Shown: positions 12,792 to 23,342 of the stretch, piece after piece | Numbering within the stretch: the stretch's first letter is position 1 | How the letters are laid out: each line of letters starts with the position of its first letter | Assembly (NCBI GenBank): GCA_963666215.2 | Contig: CAXWPL010000004.1 | Span: forward strand, 640,001-704,000 | Direction: 5' to 3' | From: Acidobacteriota bacterium | GTDB lineage: Bacteria; Acidobacteriota; UBA890; WLXD01 | Length of the DNA stretch: 64,000 nucleotides | Made by a program: the position numbers and the translations under genes | Notes under the pieces: model-generated | Told to the model about the DNA's origin: nothing | Seen by the model: the letters and a program-made list of their open reading frames with translations, nothing else | The model's database searches: none

Positions 12792-13253
12792 ATGAAGGCA
12801 GGCATCCACCCCGAGTACTACCCCGTTGTGTTCATCGACACGTCGACCAATTACGAGATCGTCACCCGCTCCACGAAGAAAACGGGCGAGACTCGCGTGA
12901 TCGACGGCGTCGAGCATTACGTGATCCGCGTGGAGATCTCGGCGGATTCGCATCCCTTCTTCACGGGCAAGCAGCGCTTCGTCGATACCGCTGGCCGCAT
13001 TGAGCGATTCCAGCGCAAGTACGAGAAGTTCTACGCCGACCAGGATAAAGCCAAAGCGGCGGCGGAAAAGAAGTCGGCGGCGCGCACCAAGGCGGCCGCC
13101 AAGCCAAAGCCCGTGGCTGTTGCCGAGGAAACGGCCGAGACCGCCGTTGCTGCCCCCGCCGAGCTCGTCAAGGAAGCCGCTGCGGTCGATACCGATGCAG
13201 CTTCGGACGCCGACAACGCCGAGGCAGGCCCTGGCGAGGACTCCGAGGAATAG
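12792..13253 (+). CDS. rpmE: 50S ribosomal protein L31, type B (Zn-free), with long Ala/Glu C-terminal tail
   Basis: MKAGIHPEY...[26 protein letters not shown]; no Cys ligands. Confidence 0.93.
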   Translation: MKAGIHPEYYPVVFIDTSTNYEIVTRSTKKTGETRVIDGVEHYVIRVEISADSHPFFTGKQRFVDTAGRIERFQRKYEKFYADQDKAKAAAEKKSAARTKAAAKPKPVAVAEETAETAVAAPAELVKEAAAVDTDAASDADNAEAGPGEDSEE

Positions 13254-13286
13254 CGAGGTCGCCCTCGCGGCGACCGACGCGGCCTT

Positions 13287-14380
<1,094 letters not shown>

Positions 14381-14384
<4 letters not shown>

Positions 14385-15247
14385 GGCCAGCACCTTCGAG
14401 CACCGTCGACGCTGCGCTGCGGAGGAGCGCGCAGGCTCTCGACTCGGCGGGCATCGAGGCTCCGCGCTTGCAGGCGGAGGTGCTGATGGAGTTCGTGCTC
14501 GGTCTCGACCGCGCGCACACGCTCGCCGCGCTTCGCGAGCCGATCGGCAACGACGCCCGGGCAAGGTACGAGCAGCTGACAGCCCGCCGGGCCGAACATG
14601 AGCCGCTGCAGTACATCGTTGGGCGCGCTCATTTCCTCGACTTCGAAGTCGCGGTGCGGCCCGGGGTGTTCATCCCGCGACCGGAAACCGAGCTGCTCGT
14701 TGAGGCCGCGCAGGCGGCCTGGAGCGAGCGCGAAGGCCCGGCGCTTGATGTTTGTACCGGTAGTGGCGCAATCGCGATCGCGCTCGCTCGCGGTCGTCCG
14801 CAAGGTCGCGTGATCGCCACGGATCTCTCACCGCACGCCCTGGCGGCGGCGAGAGAGAACGCCGTGCGGCTCGAGGTTGCGGATCGCATGGATCTCGTGC
14901 GGTCCGATCTCTTGTCGGCCTTTCGACTCACGACCCCGACCGCCATCGGCGTACTCGTGTGCAACCCGCCCTACGCAGCGGAGGCCGACGTCACCCAACC
15001 CGAGGTGCGCGACCACGAACCACGTTTGGCCTGGACGTCGGGTCCCACGGGATTGGAGATCTACTCCGCGCTGATCCCGCAGGCCAGCGAGTTATTGGCA
15101 GCCGGTACGACGATGCTGCTCGAGCTCGGCTACGGGCAGCAAGAAGCCGTTGCGCAGATGCTTGCCAACGCCGCGGGCTGGAGTGAGCCGCGGGTGGAGC
15201 CAGACTTTCAGGGCATCCCTCGCGTGTTGGCCACAACGCGCATCTGA
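14381..15247 (+). CDS. prmC: release factor glutamine methyltransferase
   Basis: EPLQYI, IPRPETE, DVCTGSG and NPPY; TTGA overlap with prfA. Confidence 0.95.
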
Positions 15248-15376
15248 GCCGCGGTCGCTCCACATGAGCCACCACTTCGGCGAGCGCGAACACGAGCGAG
15301 AGCGAGAGCAAGAGCACGTCCAGCACACCCCCTCCCGCGAGCGAGAGGTTGCTGTGCTCTCAGAGCCTCGACCGGC

Positions 15377-15856
15377 TCACCGCCCGGACTCCTGTTGGCG
15401 CGGTCGCTCCGCAAGGATCCGCGTGGCGCGCTCGAGTGTTTGCAGCTCCCGAGTCGAGAGCCCGCTGAGCTCGTCGGCGATGCGCTCCACGCGACGTGCC
15501 CTACCCCGCTCCATCACAAGCCGCCCCGCTGTGGTGGCGTGAAGCATCACCTGCCTGCGATCGCCGGGTACGGGCTCGCGTCGCACCAGCTTGGCTGCCT
15601 CGAGCGACTTGACGATGCGAGTGATCGCGGGCCGCGACACCATCTCGGCTCGCGCAAGCTCGCTGAACGTTCGCGGACCCGCAAAGACGAGCACCGAAAG
15701 CAGCGACAGCCTCTCCCCGCTGAGCCCGGTCTTACGATCAACGCTTCGTACCCCGCGAAGCAAGCGGATCGCGACGGAGTGAAGCCGATTAGCTACGCGC
15801 GCGGCCGGCGTGTCGGGCAGGCCTTCGGGAAGTGGCGGCGACGTGGCTGTTGACAA
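15377..15856 (-). CDS. MarR-family transcriptional regulator
   Basis: wHTH pattern SELARAEMVSRPAITRIVKSLE...DRR. Confidence 0.88.
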   Translation of the reverse strand: MSTATSPPLPEGLPDTPAARVANRLHSVAIRLLRGVRSVDRKTGLSGERLSLLSVLVFAGPRTFSELARAEMVSRPAITRIVKSLEAAKLVRREPVPGDRRQVMLHATTAGRLVMERGRARRVERIADELSGLSTRELQTLERATRILAERPRQQESGR

Positions 15857-15867
15857 GATGGTTAATA

Positions 15868-15893
15868 TGGTTAATCGTTAACAACGTTAACCA
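15868..15893. promoter_or_regulatory. AT-rich inverted repeat, probable MarR operator between divergent genes
   Basis: TGGTTAA(T)CGTT-aac-AACGTTAACCA; TTGACA at 15850-15855 and TAACAT at 15898-15903 lie nearby. Confidence 0.55.
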
Positions 15894-15912
15894 ACGATAA
15901 CATACCTGGGAA

Positions 15913-16317
15913 ATGGAGACTTCGACCATGTCCGACGAATTCGGACTCGATGCCATCGGCCAGATCCACATCAGCGTCGAGAACATCGACCGCGCAGTGG
16001 CCTTCTATCGCGACGTGCTTGGCATGAAGCTGCTCTTCGAGGTTCCCGGGCAGCCGATGGCCTTCTTCGATTGTGGCGGCGTGCGGCTGTATCTCGGCCT
16101 GCCGGAAAGCGAAGAGTTCCGCTCCAGCCCGTTGATCTACTATCGCGTCGATTCGATCGAACAGGCCTGCGACACACTCCGGGCTCGGGGAGTGGACCTT
16201 GAAAGTGAGCCACATGTGGTGCACCGAACTGATGCGTACGAGCTCTGGATGGCTGGCCTCGAGGACTTCGAGGGCAATCACGTTCTTCTGATGAGCGAGG
16301 TGCCTGCGAGCTCCTAG
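15913..16317 (+). CDS. VOC/glyoxalase family protein
   Basis: IGQIHISV...AVAFYRDVLG and D.EGN..LL.SE. Confidence 0.88.
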   Translation: METSTMSDEFGLDAIGQIHISVENIDRAVAFYRDVLGMKLLFEVPGQPMAFFDCGGVRLYLGLPESEEFRSSPLIYYRVDSIEQACDTLRARGVDLESEPHVVHRTDAYELWMAGLEDFEGNHVLLMSEVPASS

Positions 16318-16419
16318 TCTTGCGCGCGGCGGCCGCGCTCCAGCGCTGCTTCCGTCTCATCGTAGTCGTAGGTTGTCAGCTCGAGGCGGTGCCCCAGAGG
16401 ATCGCAAAAGTAGATCGAG

Positions 16420-17828
16420 GGGGATGTCACAGGCTCCGTTGAAAAAGGGTGACGGTGATCCGACCTCGATAGTGTGTCGGGGTCAATCCACTGGCATGGA
16501 GGATCACCGTCATGAGCAAGAGTCGCAGAACAGAGACAAGTAGGAAAGCGGAGCGCCAAGAGAACCCGCTCCTGGAGGCAGTGGTAGCGGCGCGATCGGA
16601 TCTACGAGCGCTGGTCATGGACGCGGGCTTCGGGGTGTTGGGTTCGCTGCTGGAAGAAGACCGGGCGGAGCTCTGCGGAGAGCGCTACGCGCGGTCACAG
16701 CAGCGGCGGGCGTACCGACACGGCTACGACGAGGGCTCGCTGGTGATGGGCGGCCGGCGGGTCAAGGTACGCAAGCCGCGGGCTCGGAGCGTCGATGGCC
16801 AAGAGCTGCCGCTGCCGCACTGGGAGAGGTTCAAGGCAACAGATCCGCTCGAAGAGCGCGCCGTAGAGCAGATCCTGTGCGGCGTCACGACGCGCAAGTA
16901 CGAGCGCTCGTTAGAGCAGCTCGACGACGGGCGAGCTTCGTCGGGAACGAGTCGCTCGAGTGTGTCGCGGCGGTTCGTAGCGCGTACAGCCAAGCAGGTG
17001 CAGCAGTACCTGGCCCAACCGCTCAATGAAGTGGACCTGCCGGTGCTGGTGATCGACGGCACGCACATGGGCAAGCACTTGTTGGTGATCGCCATGGGCA
17101 TCGACGCGGACGGCGTCAAGCATGTGCTGGGTGTCGTAGAGGGCACCACGGAGAGCTCCCACGTGTGCCGGTCGCTGCTGCGGCAGTTGATCGAGCGCGG
17201 CATGCCCGTCGAACGGGCGCGGTTGGTGGTAATCGATGGCTCCAAGGGCCTCCGTAAAGCAGTGCGCGACACGTTCGGCGAGTGGGCCCTGATCCAGCGC
17301 TGCCGTGTCCACAAGATCAAGAATGTATTGGAGCATCTGCCAGGGCATATCCGGCCCTGGTTCGCGGCGAAGATCCGCAAGGCCTGGAAGGCGGAGACGG
17401 CAGCGGCAGCGACCAAGCAGCTCGACGCCGTGGCCAAAGAGCTGGAGACGGATCACCCGGGTGCCGCGGCCTCGCTCAGAGAAGGAATGCAAGAGACGCT
17501 CACCGTCACCCGGCTCGGAGTGCAGGGGCCGCTGCTTCGAACGTTGCGTTCAACGAACACGATCGAGAACCTGAACGGGACGATCAAACACGTCAGCCGC
17601 AACGTAAAGCGGTGGCGCTCCGGGAGCATGATCGTTCGATGGGCGGTTACTGCACTCATCGAGGCCGAGAGCAAGTTCCGGAGGGTTCGTGGCTACCGCG
17701 ACATCGCCAAGCTCGATGCCGCACTCAACACCGCCGTCGACGTTCCCCTTGAGCAGGAGCGCCGTACTGCGTAACAATCCCCAACCACTTCACCGTCGCC
17801 TTAGTTCAACGGACGGTGGGACATCCCC
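16420..17828 (+). mobile_element. IS256-family insertion sequence (1409 bp)
   Basis: Imperfect IRs GGGGATGTCacaggcTCCGTTGAA / GGGGATGTCccaccgTCCGTTGAA; 8-bp target duplication AGATCGAG at 16412-16419 and 17829-17836. Confidence 0.93.
16512..17774 (+). CDS. IS256-family (mutator-type DDE) transposase
   Basis: VIDGT, VIDGSKGL, QRCRVHK and STNTIENLN. Confidence 0.93.
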   Translation: MSKSRRTETSRKAERQENPLLEAVVAARSDLRALVMDAGFGVLGSLLEEDRAELCGERYARSQQRRAYRHGYDEGSLVMGGRRVKVRKPRARSVDGQELPLPHWERFKATDPLEERAVEQILCGVTTRKYERSLEQLDDGRASSGTSRSSVSRRFVARTAKQVQQYLAQPLNEVDLPVLVIDGTHMGKHLLVIAMGIDADGVKHVLGVVEGTTESSHVCRSLLRQLIERGMPVERARLVVIDGSKGLRKAVRDTFGEWALIQRCRVHKIKNVLEHLPGHIRPWFAAKIRKAWKAETAAAATKQLDAVAKELETDHPGAAASLREGMQETLTVTRLGVQGPLLRTLRSTNTIENLNGTIKHVSRNVKRWRSGSMIVRWAVTALIEAESKFRRVRGYRDIAKLDAALNTAVDVPLEQERRTA

Positions 17829-18380
17829 AGATCGAGTACGCCATGTCGTGATCGACCGTGAGGTCGGGTGTCACGACGCGTCCCCGATCATCGATCAGGC
17901 CCAGATCGGGGAGCCGTCTCAGAAACTCAGCGAAAGTCGCAGCGTCTACCCGAAACGCGACGCGACGAAATCCAGCGGTTTCTCTCGAGCCTTGCGGGGC
18001 GCCTCTGAACAGTGCGAGCTTGGTGCCGCCGCCATCAGTCGAGATCATCAGCGGCCCGCCGGGATCCTCGGCCCAGCGCTCGTACTCGGCGACCACGTCG
18101 AGTCCCAACACCCGTCCGTACCACGCGGCCGCGTCCTTTCGACTCGGGGCGAACAACTCCACGTGATCAATCTGGTCGACCCGGATGCCGCTCTGCGGTG
18201 CGTCTCTCATGCGCTGGAAATCATACCTGGCGAACGCCACGTCGACGACAGACGGTGCGGACCGCGACCTTGATGAGATCGGCGCGGGTTCCAGAGCCTC
18301 TGGATGCTATCGTCGGCTGAACTTTCTGGCGGCCGGTCATGGCTCGCCTCGGCTTGCGCGGGAAACCGACGGGAGACGAC

Positions 18381-18638
18381 ATGCAGATCGAACTTCGCTA
18401 CTGCGCCTCTTGAGCGCGCTCCAAAGACAAGGCGGCGAGTCTCGCCGCCACGATCAAGGATCGCCTCGACATCGACGCAGCGCTCTCGCCCACCGATAAG
18501 ACCGGTCAGTTCGACGTGATGGCCGACAACCAGCTGATCGCTTCGCGTGGGGGCAACCCGATTACCCGCATCCTGTTCGGCGCGGGCTTTCCGGATACGG
18601 CAAACGTTGTGGATGAGCTGTCCAAACGTCAGAGCTAG
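18381..18638 (+). CDS. Rdx/SelW-SelT-SelH family selenoprotein (85 aa, CxxU)
   Basis: SD GGGAG at 18371. Translation: MQIELRYCAS-U(TGA 18411-18413)-ARSKDKAASLAATIKDRLDIDAALSPTDKTGQFDVMADNQLIASR...GFPDTANVVDELSKRQS. Rdx motifs YCxxU, G.F.V and FP are present. Confidence 0.88.
18431..18449 (+). promoter_or_regulatory. bacterial SECIS-like hairpin
   Basis: GGCGGCG-AGTCT-CGCCGCC; apical loop about 24 nt downstream of the UGA, with G at loop position 2. Confidence 0.7.
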
Positions 18639-18687
18639 GTTGCCGGGCGCGCCCGGCTGGCGAGTCGCAGTCTAGTGGTCTAGTTCT

Positions 18688-20046
18688 CTAGTTCGTACGC
18701 CCTCGACTACGGCCGCCCGACTTTCGGGGGCCGCTGGAATTTCTCCGACCGCGCCAGTGCTGTCGGCCTCCGCCGGGTCGTCCATCACCGGGTCGCCCAC
18801 CACCGGGTCGTCTGCCTTGCCCGTTGCCGCTGCGGCGCTGCTGCGTGCGCTTGGGCTCAGGCTTCTCGTTGGGGTCGGGCTCGAACCCGTCTACATGTCG
18901 GCGCGGGATGGGCGAGCCGAGCATGCGCTCGGTGGCACGCAGCCAGCCGCCGTCGGCACCCGTGACGAAGGTGCACGCTATGCCTTCGGTCTCGGAGCGA
19001 CCGGTGCGTCCTATGCGATGGGTGTACGCGTGTGGCGTGTTCGGCACGTCGAAGTTGATGACGTGCGACACGTCGCTGACGTCGATGCCGCGAGCCGCGA
19101 TGTCGGTGGCAACCAAGATGTCGTAACGGCGCGTGCGGAACCCGTTCATGGCCTTGTCGCGTTGTGACTGCGACAAGTTGCCCTGTAGACCCACGGCTCG
19201 ATGCCCAGCCTTGCTGAGCTGCTCGGCCAGGCGTCGGGCGCGGTGCTTGGTGCGCGTGAAGACGATCGCCGAGTCGCAGTCGTCGCCCGTCAGCACGTGC
19301 TCCAGAAGGTCGCGCTTGCGACGTTCCGGAACCAGGTACAACCCGTGGTCGATGGTGGAGGCCGGTGTGGAATCCGCCAGCTCGACCACGTGCGGGTTCG
19401 ACAGCAGATTGTCGGCCAACCGACGGATCTCGCTCGGCATGGTGGCCGAGAACAACAGGTTCTGACGGTGCCTCGGCAACGCCTGGAGAATCTTGCGGAT
19501 ATCCGGCAGGAAGCCCATGTCGAACATGTGATCGGCTTCGTCGAGCACCAGTGTCTCGACCTGGTCGAGACGTAGAACGCGCTGCCGAAGCAGGTCGAGC
19601 ACGCGCCCCGGGCAGCCCACAACGATCTCGGGGCGATTCCGGAGCACGTTGACTTGTTTGCGAATCGGAACCCCGCCGTAGATGGTCACCGTCTTCAGAC
19701 GGGTGAACCTGGAGAGCGTGCCGATTTCGGCTGCGATCTGGCTAGCCAGCTCGCGTGTGGGCGCGAGCACCAGGGCACGGGGACCACTGCGTGGGTCCGC
19801 AAGGAGCCCGTCGAGGAGCGGCAGCGCGAACGCAGCCGTTTTGCCGGTGCCGGTTTGGGCGAGGCCGAGGACGTCGCGGCCGTTGAGGCCCGCGGGAATC
19901 GTTTCGAGCTGGATCGCCCGAGGGGTGTCGAAGCCAGCGGCGTGGATGCCGCGCACAAGGGCCTCATGGAGGCCGAACCGGTGGAATCCGGTCGTCTTGT
20001 CGGGTGTACTCGATGCACGCGAAGGTGCGGATGCTGAAACAGACAT
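18688..20046 (-). CDS. DEAD-box RNA helicase (RhlE-like)
   Basis: AQTGTGKT, PTRELA, DEAD, SAT and HRIGRTGR; Gly/Arg-rich C-terminal tail. Confidence 0.95.
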   Translation of the reverse strand: MSVSASAPSRASSTPDKTTGFHRFGLHEALVRGIHAAGFDTPRAIQLETIPAGLNGRDVLGLAQTGTGKTAAFALPLLDGLLADPRSGPRALVLAPTRELASQIAAEIGTLSRFTRLKTVTIYGGVPIRKQVNVLRNRPEIVVGCPGRVLDLLRQRVLRLDQVETLVLDEADHMFDMGFLPDIRKILQALPRHRQNLLFSATMPSEIRRLADNLLSNPHVVELADSTPASTIDHGLYLVPERRKRDLLEHVLTGDDCDSAIVFTRTKHRARRLAEQLSKAGHRAVGLQGNLSQSQRDKAMNGFRTRRYDILVATDIAARGIDVSDVSHVINFDVPNTPHAYTHRIGRTGRSETEGIACTFVTGADGGWLRATERMLGSPIPRRHVDGFEPDPNEKPEPKRTQQRRSGNGQGRRPGGGRPGDGRPGGGRQHWRGRRNSSGPRKSGGRSRGRTN

Positions 20047-20352
20047 GAAGAGCTAGTTCTCCGCCGTGCGCACGCGGGCTGCACCTGTGTGGCACGGACG
20101 TACTTTTCCGACCCACACAACAGCGAAGGGGGCAAGAGGGATCGTTGGCGGCGCGACCTCGAGAGTGAAGAGAGGTCCTGCTGTTCGCCGCTGCTTGGGC
20201 TGGTGCCCCAGCGCGGCAGCATGCTCGTGCCGGCTGATTGCCTGGCATCGGCTGCGGCGCTACATGCGCCATCACCTGCTTGCTGCCGTTAGGAGTATGG
20301 CACCCCGAGCACCGTGGCGCTTGCCAAATCGTCCCCGTCCGCAGGTATCTGA

Positions 20353-20400
20353 ATTTCCAGATTTCCAAATCTCGGGATCTCTAGATCTCTGGATCTCGAG
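20353..20400. repeat. six degenerate tandem 8-bp repeats
   Basis: ATTTCCAG ATTTCCAA ATCTCGGG ATCTCTAG ATCTCTGG ATCTCGAG. Confidence 0.7.
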
Positions 20401-20459
20401 CTCCCGGCACGGTGCGCCAACTCGCGCGTCGCGAGCGACGATGACCCCGATCGCTCTGT

Positions 20460-22202
20460 CTAGGCGGGAACCCGAATCCGCTCGACCAGCTCCCTCACTT
20501 CCGGCGGCGGTGGCGGCGTGAACGCGCTGACAGCGATGGCTACCGTGAAGTTGAGCACGGCACCCACTGCCCCGATCCCCTCGGGCGAAATGCCGAGCAG
20601 CCAGTTCTCCGCGATGTTCTCGGCGAAAGGCGCTACAAACACCCCCTTGAAATAGATGATGTAGCCGAGCGTGAACACGAGCCCCGTCAGCATGCCCGCG
20701 ATGGCGCCCTGCTTGTTGACCCGAAAGCTGAAGATGCCGAGCAGGATCGCCGGGAACAACGACGCTGCCGCGAGCCCGAACGCGAGCGCAACCACCTGAG
20801 CGACAAACGCGCGCGGCTCGTAGCCCAGATACCCGGCCAGAAGAATCGCCACCGCCGCGCTTACCCTCCCGGCCAGCAGTTCCTGCCGCTCGCTGATGTT
20901 AGGCGTGAACACGCTCTTCAGCAGATCGTGCGATACCGCCGCCGAGATCACGAGCAGCAATCCTGCCGCGGTCGACAAGGCCGCGGCAATCGCCCCCGCC
21001 GCCACGAGTGCCACGACCCAGTCGGGCAGACCGGCGATCTCGGGATTGGCCAGCACGATGATGTCGCTATCTACAACGAGCTCGTTGCCTTGCCAGCCGT
21101 ACGATTCGGCGGTCGGCGCGAAGTCGGGGTTGGCGTCGTTGTAGTACTGAACGTGGCCATCACCGTTCTTGTCTTCGAAGACGAGGAGGCCGGTTGCCTC
21201 CCACGTCCTGAACCAGTCCGGACGGTCGTTGTAGGCGAGGTTGCCCCCCGGCGATCCAACCGGCCCCGGCTGAATCGTCTCGGTCAAATTGAGCCTGGCG
21301 AGCGCGCCCACCGCCGGTGCCACCGTGTAAAGGATGGCGATGAAGAACAGTGCATAGCCGGCCGACATGCGCGCGTCGCGCACCCGCGGCACGGTAAAGA
21401 AGCGCACGATGACGTGCGGCAGGCCGGCCGTCCCGAGCATGAGAGCGAGCGTGATAAAGAACACGTCAATCCGACTCTTCGTGCCCGAGGTATAGGCCGC
21501 GAAGCCGAGGTCGGTGACGACCTGATCGAGCTTGTCGAGCAAGAAACCGCTGCCGTCGACCACCGAGCTGCCGAACGCCAGCTGCGGAATGGCCGTGTCG
21601 GTTACCTGCAACGAGATAAACACCGCCGGAACGGTGTAGGCGAAGATCATGACGCAGTACTGCGCAACCTGCGTATACGTAATGCCTTTCATGCCGCCGA
21701 GGACCGCGTAGAAGAACACGATCGCCATTCCGACCGTGAGCCCTACGGCGATGTCGACGTTCAGAAAGCGCGAGAACACAATCCCCACGCCGCGCATCTG
21801 CCCGATGATGTAGGTGAAAGAAATGACAATCAAACAAACGACGGCCACCATTCGAGCCGTCTGCGATGCGTAGCGGTCGCCAATGAACTCCGGCACCGTG
21901 AACTTGCCGAACTTGCGCAGGTACGGAGCCAGCAGCAGCGCCAGAAGAACGTAGCCACCGGTCCATCCCATCAGGTACACGGAACCGTCGTACCCGAGAA
22001 ACGCGATGAGCCCGGCCATCGACATGAACGAAGCTGCCGACATCCAGTCCGCCGCCGTCGCCATGCCGTTGGCCACCGGATGCACGTGCTTACCCGCGAC
22101 GTAGAACTCGCCCGTGCTGCGCGCCCTGGAGGCAAACGCAATGCCGATGTACAGCGCGAACGACGCGCCAACAACAAGATATGTGAGCGACTGCAGCTCC
22201 AC
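20460..22202 (-). CDS. sodium:solute symporter (ActP-like cation/acetate symporter subfamily)
   Basis: NGMATAADWMSAASF, GGMKGITYTQVAQY and GTAGLPHV; many TM segments. Confidence 0.92.
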   Translation of the reverse strand: MELQSLTYLVVGASFALYIGIAFASRARSTGEFYVAGKHVHPVANGMATAADWMSAASFMSMAGLIAFLGYDGSVYLMGWTGGYVLLALLLAPYLRKFGKFTVPEFIGDRYASQTARMVAVVCLIVISFTYIIGQMRGVGIVFSRFLNVDIAVGLTVGMAIVFFYAVLGGMKGITYTQVAQYCVMIFAYTVPAVFISLQVTDTAIPQLAFGSSVVDGSGFLLDKLDQVVTDLGFAAYTSGTKSRIDVFFITLALMLGTAGLPHVIVRFFTVPRVRDARMSAGYALFFIAILYTVAPAVGALARLNLTETIQPGPVGSPGGNLAYNDRPDWFRTWEATGLLVFEDKNGDGHVQYYNDANPDFAPTAESYGWQGNELVVDSDIIVLANPEIAGLPDWVVALVAAGAIAAALSTAAGLLLVISAAVSHDLLKSVFTPNISERQELLAGRVSAAVAILLAGYLGYEPRAFVAQVVALAFGLAAASLFPAILLGIFSFRVNKQGAIAGMLTGLVFTLGYIIYFKGVFVAPFAENIAENWLLGISPEGIGAVGAVLNFTVAIAVSAFTPPPPPEVRELVERIRVPA

Positions 22203-22204
22203 GG

Positions 22205-22453
22205 TCAGTCCTCGCCGACGCCGTGCTTCTTGTCGAGAGCTGCCATTCGCCACGCGTAGAAGAAGATCAGCGCAACGAATACGTAGATGCTTCCCTGCTG
22301 GGCGAACCAGAAGCCCAGCCGCAGGCCGCCGATCTTGATCTGGTTGAGCGTGTCGAGCAGGAGAATTCCGAAGCCGAAAGAGACCACGAACCAGATCACC
22401 AGGCAGAGGAAGACGAGCCGCAGGTTGTCTTGCCAATAGGTTCGCTTGTTCAT
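22205..22453 (-). CDS. DUF4212 small membrane protein (symporter partner)
   Basis: YWQDNLRL...LGFWFAQQGSIYVF; immediately upstream of the SSS gene. Confidence 0.88.
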   Translation of the reverse strand: MNKRTYWQDNLRLVFLCLVIWFVVSFGFGILLLDTLNQIKIGGLRLGFWFAQQGSIYVFVALIFFYAWRMAALDKKHGVGED

Positions 22454-22624
22454 GCCTGTCCCTGGTCTCTTGCGCCTGGGTAGGAGGGAACCTCGCTCAA
22501 GGCGAAGGGCAGGAGCCTACCAGAGGGTCGCCAGAACCGCCCTTCGCACTGGCAGGCCCTGTTGGCCAGCAACGGAAACCCTCGTGGCACTTCTCACGCT
22601 CGAGCGCCGATGGCGGCGCGAGCA

Positions 22625-23264
22625 TCACCTGGCAGTCAACGCTGCCATAACGGCCGACACTCCTGGCGCCATGACCCAAGCCTCGAAGTAGTACTGAAGC
22701 ACCGGATCGGTGCCGGGCGAACTCGTCCATCCAGGGGGTCCAATCGATCGACGTCACGATGGCCTCTTCTGTGAGTCCGGCCTCGACTCCGCGGGACACC
22801 TCTTCGTAGATGAAGTCGGCAAGGCCGATCACGACCTCGAGGTAGCGCTTGCCCTGAACAGCGTCCCCGTGTCCGGGCACGAGCGTCTCGAAATCGAGGG
22901 AGCGGATCCTCAGCAGGGTCCGCAGCCAACCCTTGGGGTCGCTGGCGAACGCGTACGGTATCGGGCCCACCACCACCTCACCGGCAACGACAACGCCATC
23001 GTCAGGAAGGTGGACCACGGTTGCCGAGCCCGACTTGCCCGGACCGAGGTCGAGCAGTTCGATTCTGCGGACAACATCGCGCTCGTTGAAGATCATCGTG
23101 ACGTTTCCTGCGACCGGTTCTCGTACCGCGTTCGGTCGTTGGGCGACGACGATGTCGGGCCTGATCACGGTGAATTCGAGATCGTAGGGACCCGTCGAGC
23201 CCAGGCCCTGCGCGACAGCGGCGAGGGCGAGCGGGATCAACATGAGATGTTTGGCGCTCGGCAT
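22625..23264 (-). pseudogene. MBL-fold metallohydrolase remnant (internal deletion plus frameshift)
   Basis: Signal peptide and GNVTMIFNERDVV are fused directly to RRIELLDLGPG, so the HxHxDH segment is absent. LVPGHG is retained. An extra C near 22717 shifts the likely C-terminus GTDPVLQYYFEAW...TAR* out of frame. Confidence 0.7.
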
Positions 23265-23273
23265 GAGGATACG

Positions 23274-23318
23274 TCCGCTGACTCCGCTGACTCCGTTGAA
23301 CCCGCTGGCCCCGTTAGC
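23274..23318. repeat. five degenerate tandem 9-bp repeats in divergent intergenic region
   Basis: TCCGCTGAC TCCGCTGAC TCCGTTGAA CCCGCTGGC CCCGTTAGC. Confidence 0.6.
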
Positions 23319-23342
23319 TCTCAGTATTACTCCTGGGATCCC

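Larger units (their letters stand above)
16314..18210 (-). pseudogene. VOC-family gene interrupted by IS256-family element
   Basis: Removing the IS and one target copy rejoins IDHVELF...DHDMAYSI with YFCDPLGHRLELTTY in frame. Confidence 0.9.
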
